In this document: positions 36,128 to 45,103 of the stretch, piece after piece
Layout of the letters: each line of letters starts with the position of its first letter
How positions within the stretch are numbered: the first letter of the stretch is position 1
Assembly: GCA_949012915.1 (NCBI GenBank)
Contig: CARLBU010000004.1
Span: 79,314-124,416, forward strand
Source of the DNA: an uncultured Lachnospiraceae bacterium
Lineage (GTDB): Bacteria > Bacillota > Clostridia > Lachnospirales > Lachnospiraceae
Direction: 5' to 3'
Length of the DNA: 45,103 nt
Notes under the pieces: generated by a model
What the model saw: the letters and a program-made list of their open reading frames with translations, nothing else
Told to the model about the DNA's origin: nothing
Databases searched by the model: none
Position numbers and translations under genes: made by a program

Positions 36128-36568
36128 ATGATGAAAGAAATTGAAAATGATGTTGAGCAATTTTCAAACGAATGGCAAAGCATTACCATGACGTATAGTG
36201 ACTTTGCGCGTTCTATTGGGATTTCCTATACCAGCCTCCAGATTTTGAGATATATAACGCATACTCCTAACTGTACTCAAAAAAGCATTTGTGAAATGTC
36301 TTTTTTACCTAAACAAACAGTTAATACAATTATTACTGGATTTTACAAAAAAGGCTTTATTGAATTGCGGGAAATACCAGAAGATCGCAGAACAAAAATA
36401 ATCCATTTGACAGAAAAAGGACAGGAATATATGGATACTTTTTCACCGCACATAAAAGAGGCCGAGTATGAGGCTATGCAGGCTCTTTCTAAAGAGCAAC
36501 GCACGATTCTGATCGAAAGCATCCGGCTATATGGCAAAATTTTTCGTGAAAAAATTTTTAGTCATTGA
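36128..36568 (+). CDS. MarR-family transcriptional regulator
   Basis: A winged-HTH MarR pattern (..LQILRYITHTPNCTQKSICEMSFLPKQTVNTIITGFYKKGFIELREIPEDRRTKIIHLTEKG..). Confidence 0.85.
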   Translation: MMKEIENDVEQFSNEWQSITMTYSDFARSIGISYTSLQILRYITHTPNCTQKSICEMSFLPKQTVNTIITGFYKKGFIELREIPEDRRTKIIHLTEKGQEYMDTFSPHIKEAEYEAMQALSKEQRTILIESIRLYGKIFREKIFSH

Positions 36569-36733
36569 GATTGAGAAGGTCAGTAATCAGATTCCGGTGC
36601 ATTATGCAGATTTATTATAAGTAAATAGTCCGTAAACAGTACGATATGAAAAACGGATTAAATGAAACGAAAGAAGTTTTTGTAAGATGTCCAAAGTTTA
36701 ATGCGTTTTGAAAAGAAAGGAAGAAAATGCTTA

Positions 36734-38125
36734 ATGTCTGAGGAAGCATCTATAACGAACCCGCTTGGGACGGAAAAAATTGAAAAACTGATGATTCGTT
36801 ATGCGATTCCCAGCATCATTTCTTTTGTTGTAAATTCTCTTTATAACATGGTTGATCAGATTTTTATCGGCCAGGGAGTGGGGTATCTTGGGAATGCGGC
36901 AACAAACGTTATTATGCCGCTGACAACGATCATGTTAGCTATCGGGCTTTTGATCGGAGACGGTGCTGCAGCGTTTATGAGCTTGAATTTGGGGCAGGGA
37001 AACAGGGAAGCGGCAGCCCGGAGCGTAGGGAATATGATTTCACTTACGATATTTGCCGGGATTATATCTCTTATATTTTTTGAAGTGTTTCTCCGTCCCC
37101 TTTCTTCCCTGTTTGGGGCAACGGAATCTATTATGCCTTATGCGCTGGATTACGGGAAAATAATTGTTCTTGGCTTCCCGTTTTTTGCGGTGAATATTTC
37201 TTTTGCCAGCATGATCCGTGCGGATGGCAGGCCAAATGAGACGATGGTCGGTCTGCTGATTGGCTGTGTTACAAATATGATCCTTGATCCTTTATTTATT
37301 TTTGTATTCCATTGGGGTGTTCAGGGGGCGGCCTGGGCTACGATCATCGGGCAGTTCCTGAATACGGTATACTTTGTGTTTTGCATTTTTCGGTTTCAGA
37401 CATTTAAACTGAAAATAAAGTTCCTGTGTCCAGATATACGGATCAGCCGTAAGATCATAACGCTTGGTTTTTCCAGTTTTATCACACAGATAGCTGCGGT
37501 TTTCGTCATTGGCGTTATGAATAACCTGCTGGTAAACTATGGCAGACAGTCAAGGTATGGTTCGGATATACCGCTGGCCACCTTTGGCATTACAATGAAA
37601 GTCTGTCAGTTGGCGTTTGGAGTTGCTCTTGGAATTGCTACCAGTGTCCAGCCGCTGCTTGGGTATAATTATGGGAGCGGTCAATTTGACCGGGTGAAAA
37701 AAACATTTCGTATAACGATGGCAGTAAGCATATTCATTATGTGCATTGCATTGGTGGTATTCCAGATATTCCCGGAAAACATTATCAGGCTTTTTGGCCA
37801 GGAATCAGAGTTATATATGGAATTTGCCGTGCTGTCATTCCGGATTTTCCTGCTGGCGTGTTTTCTCCAGCCTGTGCCCTCTGTCGCCGGGATATTTTTT
37901 CAGTCCATCGGCAGGCCGTTTTTATCGGCAGCCTGCTCCATGTCACGGCAGATCGTATTTATGATCCCGGCAATGCTTTTTCTTGGAGATTGCTTCGGGA
38001 TTGAAGGTATTTTATGGGCCGGGCCGGTTGCGGATACATTTTCGACTTTGGTTTCGTGTATGCTTTTAGGCTTATTTTGGGAAAAAACTTTTAGAAAAGG
38101 AGAAGTAGATTATGGAACAGATTAA
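36734..38125 (+). CDS. MATE-family efflux transporter
   Basis: 12-TM MATE protein (..IRYAIPSIISFVVNSLYNMVDQIFIGQGVG..). The first ATG in the ORF is at 36701; start 36734 is chosen because it follows the SD aaaggaag. Confidence 0.85.
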   Translation: MSEEASITNPLGTEKIEKLMIRYAIPSIISFVVNSLYNMVDQIFIGQGVGYLGNAATNVIMPLTTIMLAIGLLIGDGAAAFMSLNLGQGNREAAARSVGNMISLTIFAGIISLIFFEVFLRPLSSLFGATESIMPYALDYGKIIVLGFPFFAVNISFASMIRADGRPNETMVGLLIGCVTNMILDPLFIFVFHWGVQGAAWATIIGQFLNTVYFVFCIFRFQTFKLKIKFLCPDIRISRKIITLGFSSFITQIAAVFVIGVMNNLLVNYGRQSRYGSDIPLATFGITMKVCQLAFGVALGIATSVQPLLGYNYGSGQFDRVKKTFRITMAVSIFIMCIALVVFQIFPENIIRLFGQESELYMEFAVLSFRIFLLACFLQPVPSVAGIFFQSIGRPFLSAACSMSRQIVFMIPAMLFLGDCFGIEGILWAGPVADTFSTLVSCMLLGLFWEKTFRKGEVDYGTD

Positions 38126-39227
38126 AAAGAGTTTTGGTTTTGGATGTATGCGTCTCCCAATGAAGGGCGGGGAGGTCGATACGGTGGAGTTTTCCCGGAT
38201 GGTGGATACCTTTCTGGAAAACGGGTTCAATTATTTTGATACTGCACACGGCTATCTTGAAGGGAAAAGTGAGGCGGCATTAAAGTCTTGTCTTACCAGC
38301 CGTTATCCCCGTGACCGGTATATTCTGACAAATAAGCTGACCAATTTTTACTTTAAGGAGCAGGAGGATATACGCCCGTTCTTTGAGAGCCAGCTAAAGC
38401 TATGCGGAGTGGACTATTTTGATATTTATCTTATGCACGCACAGGGGGCGGATAACTTTGCCTATTTCAAAAAGCGCCGTGCTTATGAGACTGCGCTGGA
38501 ACTGATGGAGGAAGGAAAATTCCGGCATTTTGGGATTTCATTCCATGACAGGGCGGAGGTTCTGGAACAGATACTGACGGAATATCCGCAGATCGAAGTG
38601 GTACAGATACAGTTTAATTATGTGGATTACGATGATCCGGCGGTAGAGAGCCGCAAATGCTATGAGGTCTGCCGGAAATTTGGCAAGCCGGTGATCGTCA
38701 TGGAGCCGGTCAAGGGAGGAAACCTTGTCAATTTGCCGGAGAATGCGAAGGCTGTCCTGGAGGAATTGCACGGGGGAAGCTTTGCCAGCTATGCGATCCG
38801 GTTTGCCGCTGGCTTTGAGGGGATCATGATGGTTCTCTCCGGTATGAGCGATATGGAGCAGATGCAGGACAATATCAGTTACATGAAAGACTTTCAGCCT
38901 TTATCGGATAAGGAACTGGCTGCAGTAGGCCGGGTGCAGGAGATTTTCAGCTCCATGAATCTGATTCCCTGTACGGCTTGCCGCTATTGCGTGGAGGGGT
39001 GTCCGAAAAAGATTTCCATTCCTGACCTGTTTGCTGTCATGAACAGCAAACAGATTTATCACGACTGGAACGCTGATTATTATTATAACGCAGTACATAC
39101 CGGCGGCGGGAAAGGGAAGGCTTCGGAATGTATGAAATGTGGAAAATGTGAGAAAGCCTGTCCGCAGCATCTGCATATCCGGGAATTGCTTGTGGATGTG
39201 GCAAAGGAATTTGAAAAACAGCCATAA
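38112..39227 (+). CDS. Aldo/keto reductase with a C-terminal 4Fe-4S ferredoxin domain
   Basis: The AKR N-terminus is MEQIKKSFGFGCMRLP.. and the C-terminus has ..CTACRYCVEGCP.. and ..CMKCGKCEKACP... Confidence 0.8.
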   Translation: MEQIKKSFGFGCMRLPMKGGEVDTVEFSRMVDTFLENGFNYFDTAHGYLEGKSEAALKSCLTSRYPRDRYILTNKLTNFYFKEQEDIRPFFESQLKLCGVDYFDIYLMHAQGADNFAYFKKRRAYETALELMEEGKFRHFGISFHDRAEVLEQILTEYPQIEVVQIQFNYVDYDDPAVESRKCYEVCRKFGKPVIVMEPVKGGNLVNLPENAKAVLEELHGGSFASYAIRFAAGFEGIMMVLSGMSDMEQMQDNISYMKDFQPLSDKELAAVGRVQEIFSSMNLIPCTACRYCVEGCPKKISIPDLFAVMNSKQIYHDWNADYYYNAVHTGGGKGKASECMKCGKCEKACPQHLHIRELLVDVAKEFEKQP

Positions 39228-39239
39228 GAGGAAGGTGTA

Positions 39240-40412
39240 TTGATGAAAGATTTTATTTTTGAAAATGCTACAAAGGTGTTTTTCGGGAAAGGGTGTGTAA
39301 AGGAATACCTGAGCTGCCTGATAAAAGAGTATGGCGATACGGTCATGCTGGCATATGGCGGCGGCTCTATCAAACGGAACGGCATTTATGACGAGGTAAT
39401 GGCAGTCCTGAAAGCGGCGGGAAAGAATATCGTTGAGTTTCCGGGCATTATGGCAAATCCCACTTATGCGAAGGTGCTGGAAGGCGCAAAGCTGGCAAAA
39501 GAAAACAATGTGGGACTGATCCTCGGTGTCGGCGGCGGTTCTGTTATGGACTGCTGTAAGGCGGTATCCATCGCCGCCCGGTATCAGGGAGATGTGTGGG
39601 CGGATTTCTTCGCACGTCCCGGTATCTTTGATTTTGAACCGCTGGCTCTCGGCGTGGTTGTCACGGTGGCGGGAACCGGGAGCGAGTGCAACGGCGGAGC
39701 CGTCATTACCAACGAAGAACTGAAAATAAAAACGGGGCGTGATTATCCGAAATGCAATCCGGGATTTGCCCTGCTTGACCCGGCTTATACTTACAGCGTC
39801 CCTAAATTCCAGATGGCATCCGGCAGCTTTGACATCCTTTCGCATATCATGGAAATTTATTTCAGCGAGCCGGATGAGGATAATGTTTCCGATGACATTG
39901 CCGAAGCGCTTATGCGGAATGTGATTCGTAACCTGCGGGCTGCTATCAAAAACCCGGAAGACTATACGGCCAGAAGTAACCTTATGTGGGATGCGACAAT
40001 GGCGGAAAACCGGATCATCAAGCTGGGAAAGCGGACGGATTTTCAGTGTCACCAGATGGAACACCAGCTCGGAGCTTATACAGACTGCAATCATGGTGCA
40101 GGGCTGGCGGTACTGCACTCGGTCTATTACCGCCATATTTTCAAGGATGGACTGGCAAAGTTTAAGCGGTTTGCCGAGAATGTATGGGGAATTTCTGCGG
40201 AAGGAAAGACGGATGAGGAAGCTGCCCGTGCCGGTATCAATGCGCTGGAAGATTTTATTTTGGAGATTGGCTTGCCTGTGACTTTGCGTGAATTGGGTGT
40301 GGACGAAAGTACCGATTTGAAAGCGATTGCGGATTCCTGTGCTATCACCCCAGGCAGCTATAAGAAGCTGACCCATGAAGAAATACTTGGGATTTTCAAA
40401 GAATGTTTTTGA
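39240..40412 (+). CDS. Iron-containing (group III) alcohol dehydrogenase
   Basis: Fe-ADH motifs: ..GGGSVMDCCKAVS.. and ..HQMEHQLGAYTDCNHGAGLAV... Confidence 0.9.
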   Translation: MMKDFIFENATKVFFGKGCVKEYLSCLIKEYGDTVMLAYGGGSIKRNGIYDEVMAVLKAAGKNIVEFPGIMANPTYAKVLEGAKLAKENNVGLILGVGGGSVMDCCKAVSIAARYQGDVWADFFARPGIFDFEPLALGVVVTVAGTGSECNGGAVITNEELKIKTGRDYPKCNPGFALLDPAYTYSVPKFQMASGSFDILSHIMEIYFSEPDEDNVSDDIAEALMRNVIRNLRAAIKNPEDYTARSNLMWDATMAENRIIKLGKRTDFQCHQMEHQLGAYTDCNHGAGLAVLHSVYYRHIFKDGLAKFKRFAENVWGISAEGKTDEEAARAGINALEDFILEIGLPVTLRELGVDESTDLKAIADSCAITPGSYKKLTHEEILGIFKECF

Positions 40413-40423
40413 TTTAGGAGAAA

Positions 40424-41137
40424 ATGAATATGAGAAAAGTAATTACTGTTTTATTGAGCATATTACTTGTATCCAGCCTTGCGGCCTGTGGCGATAACCA
40501 GCAGGCAGGAGGCTCTGCTTCGGAGCCTTCTTCGGAATTGGCAGGCGAAACTCTGCCAGAACCGGAAGCAGATTTGCAGACTTCCGAAACACCTTCCGAC
40601 AGCCTGGCAGAGAATGAAAATAATACGAATGATACTGGCGTGGAAAGTATGGGTGGAAAAACACTGATTGTTTATTATTCAGCTTCCGGGAATACGGAGG
40701 AAGTTGCAAATCATATTGCTTCTGTGACGGGCGGAGATTTGTTTGAGATTGTACCGGCAGAAATTTATTCAGACGCAGACCTTGACTGGACGGATAAGGA
40801 CAGCCGCGTTTCCAGAGAGCATGATAATGAGGATGAAAGGAATGTCCCGCTTGTATCAGATACGGTGGATAATTGGAATGAGTACGACACAGTTTTTATC
40901 GGCTTTCCGATCTGGTGGAGAGCTGCGGCATGGCCTGTGGATGGTTTTATAAAAGCGAATGACTTCTCCGGAAAGACGGTGATTCCTTTCTGTACTTCTT
41001 CAAGCTCTGATCTGGGAGAAAGTGGTGCTTTGCTGGAAGAAATGGCCGGGACAGGAGAATGGCTGGAAGGTGAACGGTTCCGGTCAGGAGCTTCTGAGGA
41101 AACAGTCCGCTCTTGGGTTGAAGGGCTTGGATTATAA
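40424..41137 (+). CDS. Lipoprotein with a flavodoxin-like domain
   Basis: Signal peptide with lipobox LAAC, then a low-complexity acidic linker, then a flavodoxin_4-like region (..LIVYYSASGNTEEVA.. and ..FIGFPIWW..). Confidence 0.75.
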   Translation: MNMRKVITVLLSILLVSSLAACGDNQQAGGSASEPSSELAGETLPEPEADLQTSETPSDSLAENENNTNDTGVESMGGKTLIVYYSASGNTEEVANHIASVTGGDLFEIVPAEIYSDADLDWTDKDSRVSREHDNEDERNVPLVSDTVDNWNEYDTVFIGFPIWWRAAAWPVDGFIKANDFSGKTVIPFCTSSSSDLGESGALLEEMAGTGEWLEGERFRSGASEETVRSWVEGLGL

Positions 41138-41166
41138 AAATTCCAAATAAATGGGAGAAAAAACAG

Positions 41167-42000
41167 ATGGAAAAGGAAGTCATGATTTTAACCGGCGCAG
41201 GGCAGATTGGCATGGCGATTGCCCGGCGGATGGGTTATGGAAAGAAAATTATACTTGGAGACAAGAAGACGGAAAATGCGCAGGCTGTCGCTAAGATTAT
41301 GAATGAAGCCGGTTTTGATGTGCTGCCGATGGAGATGGACTTATCTTCCAGAGATTCCATCCTGAATTTGATTGCAGAGGCAAAGAAGGCTGGCCGTATC
41401 ACTATGCTGGTGAATGCTGCCGGTGTTTCGCCAAGTCAGGCTCCTGTTGAGGAGATTTTGAAAGCTGACCTGTATGGTACGGCAGTGCTTTTAGAAGAAG
41501 TGGGAAAAATCATTGCTCCCGGAGGCGTGGGTGTTACAATTTCCAGCCAGTCCGGACACCGTATGGAACAACTGTCTCCGGGGGCGGATGAGCAGCTTGC
41601 CTGCACGCCGCCAGAGGAACTGCTTTCATTGGAAATATTGCAGCCGGAAAATATCCGTGATACGCTTCATGCTTACCAGATGGCGAAACGCTGTAATGAA
41701 AAGTGCGTGATGGCAGAGGCTGTTAAATGGGGAAAACGGAACGCCCGTATCAATGCGATTGTGCCCGGAATTATTGTAACGCCGCTGGCATTGGATGAAT
41801 TTAATGGCCCGCACGGAGATTTTTATAAGAATATGTTTGCAAACTCTCCTGCCGGTCGTCCGGGAACGGCAGATGAAGTAGCAAATGTCGCAGAGCTTTT
41901 ATTGAGTGACAAAGGCACTTTTATTACCGGTTCTACGTTTTTAATTGACGGTGGTGCGACTTCCAACTATTTCTATGGCTCGCCCCTGTCTGCAAAATAA
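41167..42000 (+). CDS. SDR-family oxidoreductase
   Basis: ..ILTGAGQIGMAIA.. glycine motif and ..NAAG... Confidence 0.8.
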   Translation: MEKEVMILTGAGQIGMAIARRMGYGKKIILGDKKTENAQAVAKIMNEAGFDVLPMEMDLSSRDSILNLIAEAKKAGRITMLVNAAGVSPSQAPVEEILKADLYGTAVLLEEVGKIIAPGGVGVTISSQSGHRMEQLSPGADEQLACTPPEELLSLEILQPENIRDTLHAYQMAKRCNEKCVMAEAVKWGKRNARINAIVPGIIVTPLALDEFNGPHGDFYKNMFANSPAGRPGTADEVANVAELLLSDKGTFITGSTFLIDGGATSNYFYGSPLSAK

Positions 42001-42028
42001 TATAAAAATTGATAGGAGGATTTTATTT

Positions 42029-42835
42029 ATGAGTACAATTTTTATCACAGGTTCATCGTCAGGGATTGGAAAGGAAACGGCAAAGCTGTTTGCGGAAAAA
42101 GGCTGGACAGTGATCGCTACAATGCGCACGCCTGAGAAAGAAAAGGAGCTGACTTCTTATGAAAATGTGAAGCTGTATCCATTGGATATTACCAAACCAG
42201 AACAGATCGAGGAAACCGTTTCCGCTGTTCTTGCAGATCATGAGGTGGATGTTCTGTTTAACAACGCCGGTTATGGGATGAAGGCCCGATTCGAGGATAT
42301 GACGGAAGAAATGATGTGGAAATCCATAAACACAAATCTTCTCGGTATGGTGAGGGTAACGCAGAAATTTATTCCGTATTTCAAAGCGAAAAGATCGGGC
42401 ATCATTTTAACGACCACCTCACTTGCAGGGGAAATGGGGCTGATACTTGACGGGGTTTATGCCGCCGATAAGTGGGCTGTTACCGGCCTGTGTGAAATGC
42501 TTTACAGCGAACTTGCACCTTTTGGGATTCAGGTTAAGACGCTTGTGCCGGGTGTGGTCAAAACCAGATTTGTTATGGAGCAGATCCCCAATGAAGGCTA
42601 TGAGGAAATGGTAAAAAATCAGGTTCAGTTGTTGATCCCGGACATGGAGCAGGTGGAAGATGCGTCTGAAGCCGCACAGGATGCCTATACGGCTGTAACC
42701 GATGGGGATAAAGACCGTATGTGCTATGTTACGGGCAAGCGGGCGAAAGAGCTTTACGCGAAACGTCAGGAAATGGGCGGGGAAGGATTCCGCCGCTATG
42801 TAAGAAATGCGTTGATGCAAAAAGAGGAGAAATAA
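42029..42835 (+). CDS. SDR-family oxidoreductase
   Basis: Begins MSTIFITGSSSGIGKETAK.. after the SD aggagga, with ..NNAGYG... The ORF-track ORF begins at 41945. Confidence 0.8.
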   Translation: MSTIFITGSSSGIGKETAKLFAEKGWTVIATMRTPEKEKELTSYENVKLYPLDITKPEQIEETVSAVLADHEVDVLFNNAGYGMKARFEDMTEEMMWKSINTNLLGMVRVTQKFIPYFKAKRSGIILTTTSLAGEMGLILDGVYAADKWAVTGLCEMLYSELAPFGIQVKTLVPGVVKTRFVMEQIPNEGYEEMVKNQVQLLIPDMEQVEDASEAAQDAYTAVTDGDKDRMCYVTGKRAKELYAKRQEMGGEGFRRYVRNALMQKEEK

Positions 42836-42838
42836 TAA

Positions 42839-43954
42839 ATGAAAAGGAATCGAATTGTATTATTAGTGCTATTGCTTGTTTTTACAGCAGTTGTGGCTGG
42901 CTGTGCAAATACAGGTGGGCAGCAGGCAGCATCTGAAACGCCGTCAAAGACAGACGCCTCCGGGGAAGATATACATATTGAGGGAACCAGTCCGTCAGAT
43001 GTTTCGGAGGATAGCGCCGTCATTGTTACAAATGGAGGCTCTGAGATTAGGCTTTCTTCTCTTGAATATTATGTAGAAAGTGAAGATGCACCCGTGGTCT
43101 ATTATCTTTCCGATATTACGCCGGAGGCTATGGTGGAAATTTATCATGCGCTTGAATGGGTTCCTACGGGCAAGGTGGCTGTAAAACTTTCCACCGGGGA
43201 GCCGCCGGCCTCCAACTATCTCCGCCCGGAGCTGATCGCGGATCTGGTACAGCTTGTGGATGGCACGATTGTAGAGTGCAACACGGCTTACGGCGGTTCC
43301 CGCTCGGAGACGGCCATGCACTATCAGGTGGCGGAAGATCATGGATTTACGGATATTGCCGCTGTGCAGATCCAGGATGAAAACGGTTCTATGACATTGC
43401 CGGTGGAAGGAGGAACGGTGCTTTCCGAAAACTATGTGGGAGCAGCCTTTGCGGATTATGACAGCTACCTTGTCTTGTCGCACTTTAAGGGACATTCAAT
43501 GGCAGGGTTTGGCGGAGCGATCAAAAACATTTCTATCGGACTTGGCTCTGCGGAAGGCAAGTGCTGGATACATACCGGAGGTACAAGCCGTATCAGTTTT
43601 TGGGGAGGCAGACAGGATGCTTTCTGTGAAGCTATGGGGGATGCCGGGAAATCCGTATCTGATTATCTTGGGAATGGGGAGTGCATTGTTTATATCAATG
43701 TGATGAACAGACTTTCCATTGACTGTGACTGCAGCGGCAATCCTGAGGAGCCTGATATGCACGATATTGGAATTTTAGCGTCTGTTGATCCGGTGGCTCT
43801 GGACCAGGCTTGTATTGATCTGGTCTGGAACTCTGAGGGAAACAGGCCGTTTATTAAGCATGTGGAAAGCAGAAACGGACTGCACACTCTTGAAAACGCG
43901 GAAACCATCGGTCTTGGGAACCGGAGCTATCGTTTAGTGGATCTGGATGATTGA
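42839..43954 (+). CDS. Lipoprotein with a DUF362-like domain
   Basis: Signal peptide with lipobox VAGC. The C-terminal region ..LSHFKGHSMAGFGGAIKNISIG.. resembles DUF362. Confidence 0.6.
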   Translation: MKRNRIVLLVLLLVFTAVVAGCANTGGQQAASETPSKTDASGEDIHIEGTSPSDVSEDSAVIVTNGGSEIRLSSLEYYVESEDAPVVYYLSDITPEAMVEIYHALEWVPTGKVAVKLSTGEPPASNYLRPELIADLVQLVDGTIVECNTAYGGSRSETAMHYQVAEDHGFTDIAAVQIQDENGSMTLPVEGGTVLSENYVGAAFADYDSYLVLSHFKGHSMAGFGGAIKNISIGLGSAEGKCWIHTGGTSRISFWGGRQDAFCEAMGDAGKSVSDYLGNGECIVYINVMNRLSIDCDCSGNPEEPDMHDIGILASVDPVALDQACIDLVWNSEGNRPFIKHVESRNGLHTLENAETIGLGNRSYRLVDLDD

Positions 43955-43998
43955 AAAGTGTGGACGTGCTCTGATCCCTAAAATGGAGGTGGTGAGGA

Positions 43999-44901
43999 TT
44001 GCTGGAAATACTACATAGAGAGATTATTTACCTTTGGTACTATTTTGATGTTCAGTTTCGGCAGATATTTGGGTACTGGGTATTGGGCATGGTGCTTGGC
44101 TCGGCGGTTTCCGTATTTTTGAAAGACCATATCCACAATACTTTCCGCAGACTTGGAGAAAAAAAGCTGGGCATATTTGGCGTTGTTATTGCCAGCTTGC
44201 TGGGAATTGCCTCTCCTTTGTGTATGTATGGCACTATCCCGATTGCCGCTTCTTTTTCAAAAAGCGGGATCAAGGATGACTGGCTGGCAGCCTTTATGGT
44301 GAGCAGTATTTTACTGAATCCGCAGCTTATCGTTTATAGTGCGGCTTTGGGAAGCACGGCTCTTGTAATACGGATCGTCACTTGCTTCTTCTGTGGTATT
44401 CTGGCCGGTTTTGTTGTACGCCTGTTTTATAAGGAGAAAGCATTTTTCAGGTTTGATGGATTTGAAGAACCAAAGAGTAGGGATACAGATCCGAATTTGC
44501 TGCTGCGGTTTTTGAAAAATCTTGTGCGGAATATCAGGGCGACAGGCTTATATTTCTTGATAGGAATCGCTCTTTCCGCTCTTTTTCAAAGATATGTGCC
44601 TGCAGATGCTCTGACGGCTGTGTTTGGCGGAAATGAGGCATTTGGCGTTCTGATGGCGGCTACCATAGGTGTGCCTCTTTATGCCTGTGGAGGTGGGACA
44701 ATCCCGCTTTTGCAGCAGTGGCTTTATGATGGGATGAGCATGGGGAGTGCGGCGGCGTTTATGATCACAGGCCCGGCTACAAAGATTACAAATTTAGGCG
44801 CTTTGAAGATTGTATTAGGTATGAAAAGGTTTTTGATGTATTTCATTTTTGTTATGCTTTTTGCCTTTACAGTTGGTATTTTTATAAATATAATTTTTTA
44901 A
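43999..44901 (+). CDS. Permease, DUF318/ArsP-like (two-CxxC-type) membrane protein
   Basis: A multi-TM protein with ..SPLCMYGTIP.. and ..YACGGGTIP.. motifs. Confidence 0.65.
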   Translation: MLEILHREIIYLWYYFDVQFRQIFGYWVLGMVLGSAVSVFLKDHIHNTFRRLGEKKLGIFGVVIASLLGIASPLCMYGTIPIAASFSKSGIKDDWLAAFMVSSILLNPQLIVYSAALGSTALVIRIVTCFFCGILAGFVVRLFYKEKAFFRFDGFEEPKSRDTDPNLLLRFLKNLVRNIRATGLYFLIGIALSALFQRYVPADALTAVFGGNEAFGVLMAATIGVPLYACGGGTIPLLQQWLYDGMSMGSAAAFMITGPATKITNLGALKIVLGMKRFLMYFIFVMLFAFTVGIFINIIF

Positions 44902-45103
44902 TTTGCAGGGCAAGCCCATCTTGCCAGAAAGGTCAATCTGCCTTGTGTGGATTGGCCTTTTTACATTGTATAGTCGAAAATTGTCAAGAAATGGCAATAA
45001 ATTTTTTGAGAAATTTTCAAAAACCTTTCCGGTTTGCCATGCCGAGATGTGGTGTTAGTATATAATTGTGGACAGAAAAAGTTGAACAACCTATACTATT
45101 AAG

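Noticed and set aside
38901-40376. 491-aa ORF on the minus strand
   Set aside because: It lies entirely antisense to two well-supported plus-strand genes (the aldo/keto reductase 3' end and the Fe-ADH). The protein is low-complexity and Arg/His-rich with no recognisable domains. It is a typical GC-skew shadow ORF.
1-45103. CRISPR arrays, tRNA or rRNA genes
   Set aside because: No evenly spaced short direct repeats with unique spacers and no tRNA- or rRNA-like sequence were seen. The only tandem repeat is the 2x23-bp duplication at 23713-23760.

Overview
This 45-kb window is Firmicutes (Clostridia/Lachnospiraceae-like) chromosome. Most of it is ordinary plus-strand genes, but it also holds at least three families of structured intergenic repeats and one candidate DNA-inversion switch.

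Gene content, in order:
- 3' end of a YbaK-type deacylase.
- A GNAT acetyltransferase, boxed in by two inverted copies of a ~150-nt palindromic repeat.
- A LacI-family regulator reading divergently from a maltose-type operon: PTS EIIA-C-B, a MapP-like EEP phosphatase and the 4-alpha-glucanotransferase MalQ.
- A BceRS/BceAB-type peptide-antibiotic sensing and efflux module (OmpR-type response regulator, histidine kinase, ABC ATPase, FtsX-type permease).
- A 196-aa FimB/FimE-sized tyrosine recombinase lying inside an ~820-bp segment bounded by inverted 35-bp sites with a recombinase-core layout, immediately upstream of csrA and flagellin.
- A flagellin-modification cluster: two CgeB-like glycosyltransferases, one interrupted by an in-frame TAA, and a glycosyltransferase/radical-SAM fusion.
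- rpsO and pnp.
- A second inverted pair of the ~150-nt repeat.
- A complete rnfCDGEAB operon, then a Gx-transporter/NusG_II protein and a MATE pump.
- A structured leader, possibly a yybP-ykoY-like riboswitch, upstream of a Ca2+/Na+ antiporter.
- A redox/detox island: MarR, MATE, Fe-S aldo/keto reductase, Fe-ADH, flavodoxin lipoprotein, two SDRs, a DUF362-like lipoprotein and a permease.

The most interesting items are the Hin-like, recombinase-containing invertible segment facing the flagellin genes, and the repeat families. Repeat copies differ in their stem sequences but keep their pairing, which points to a structured RNA or a foldback-type mobile element.
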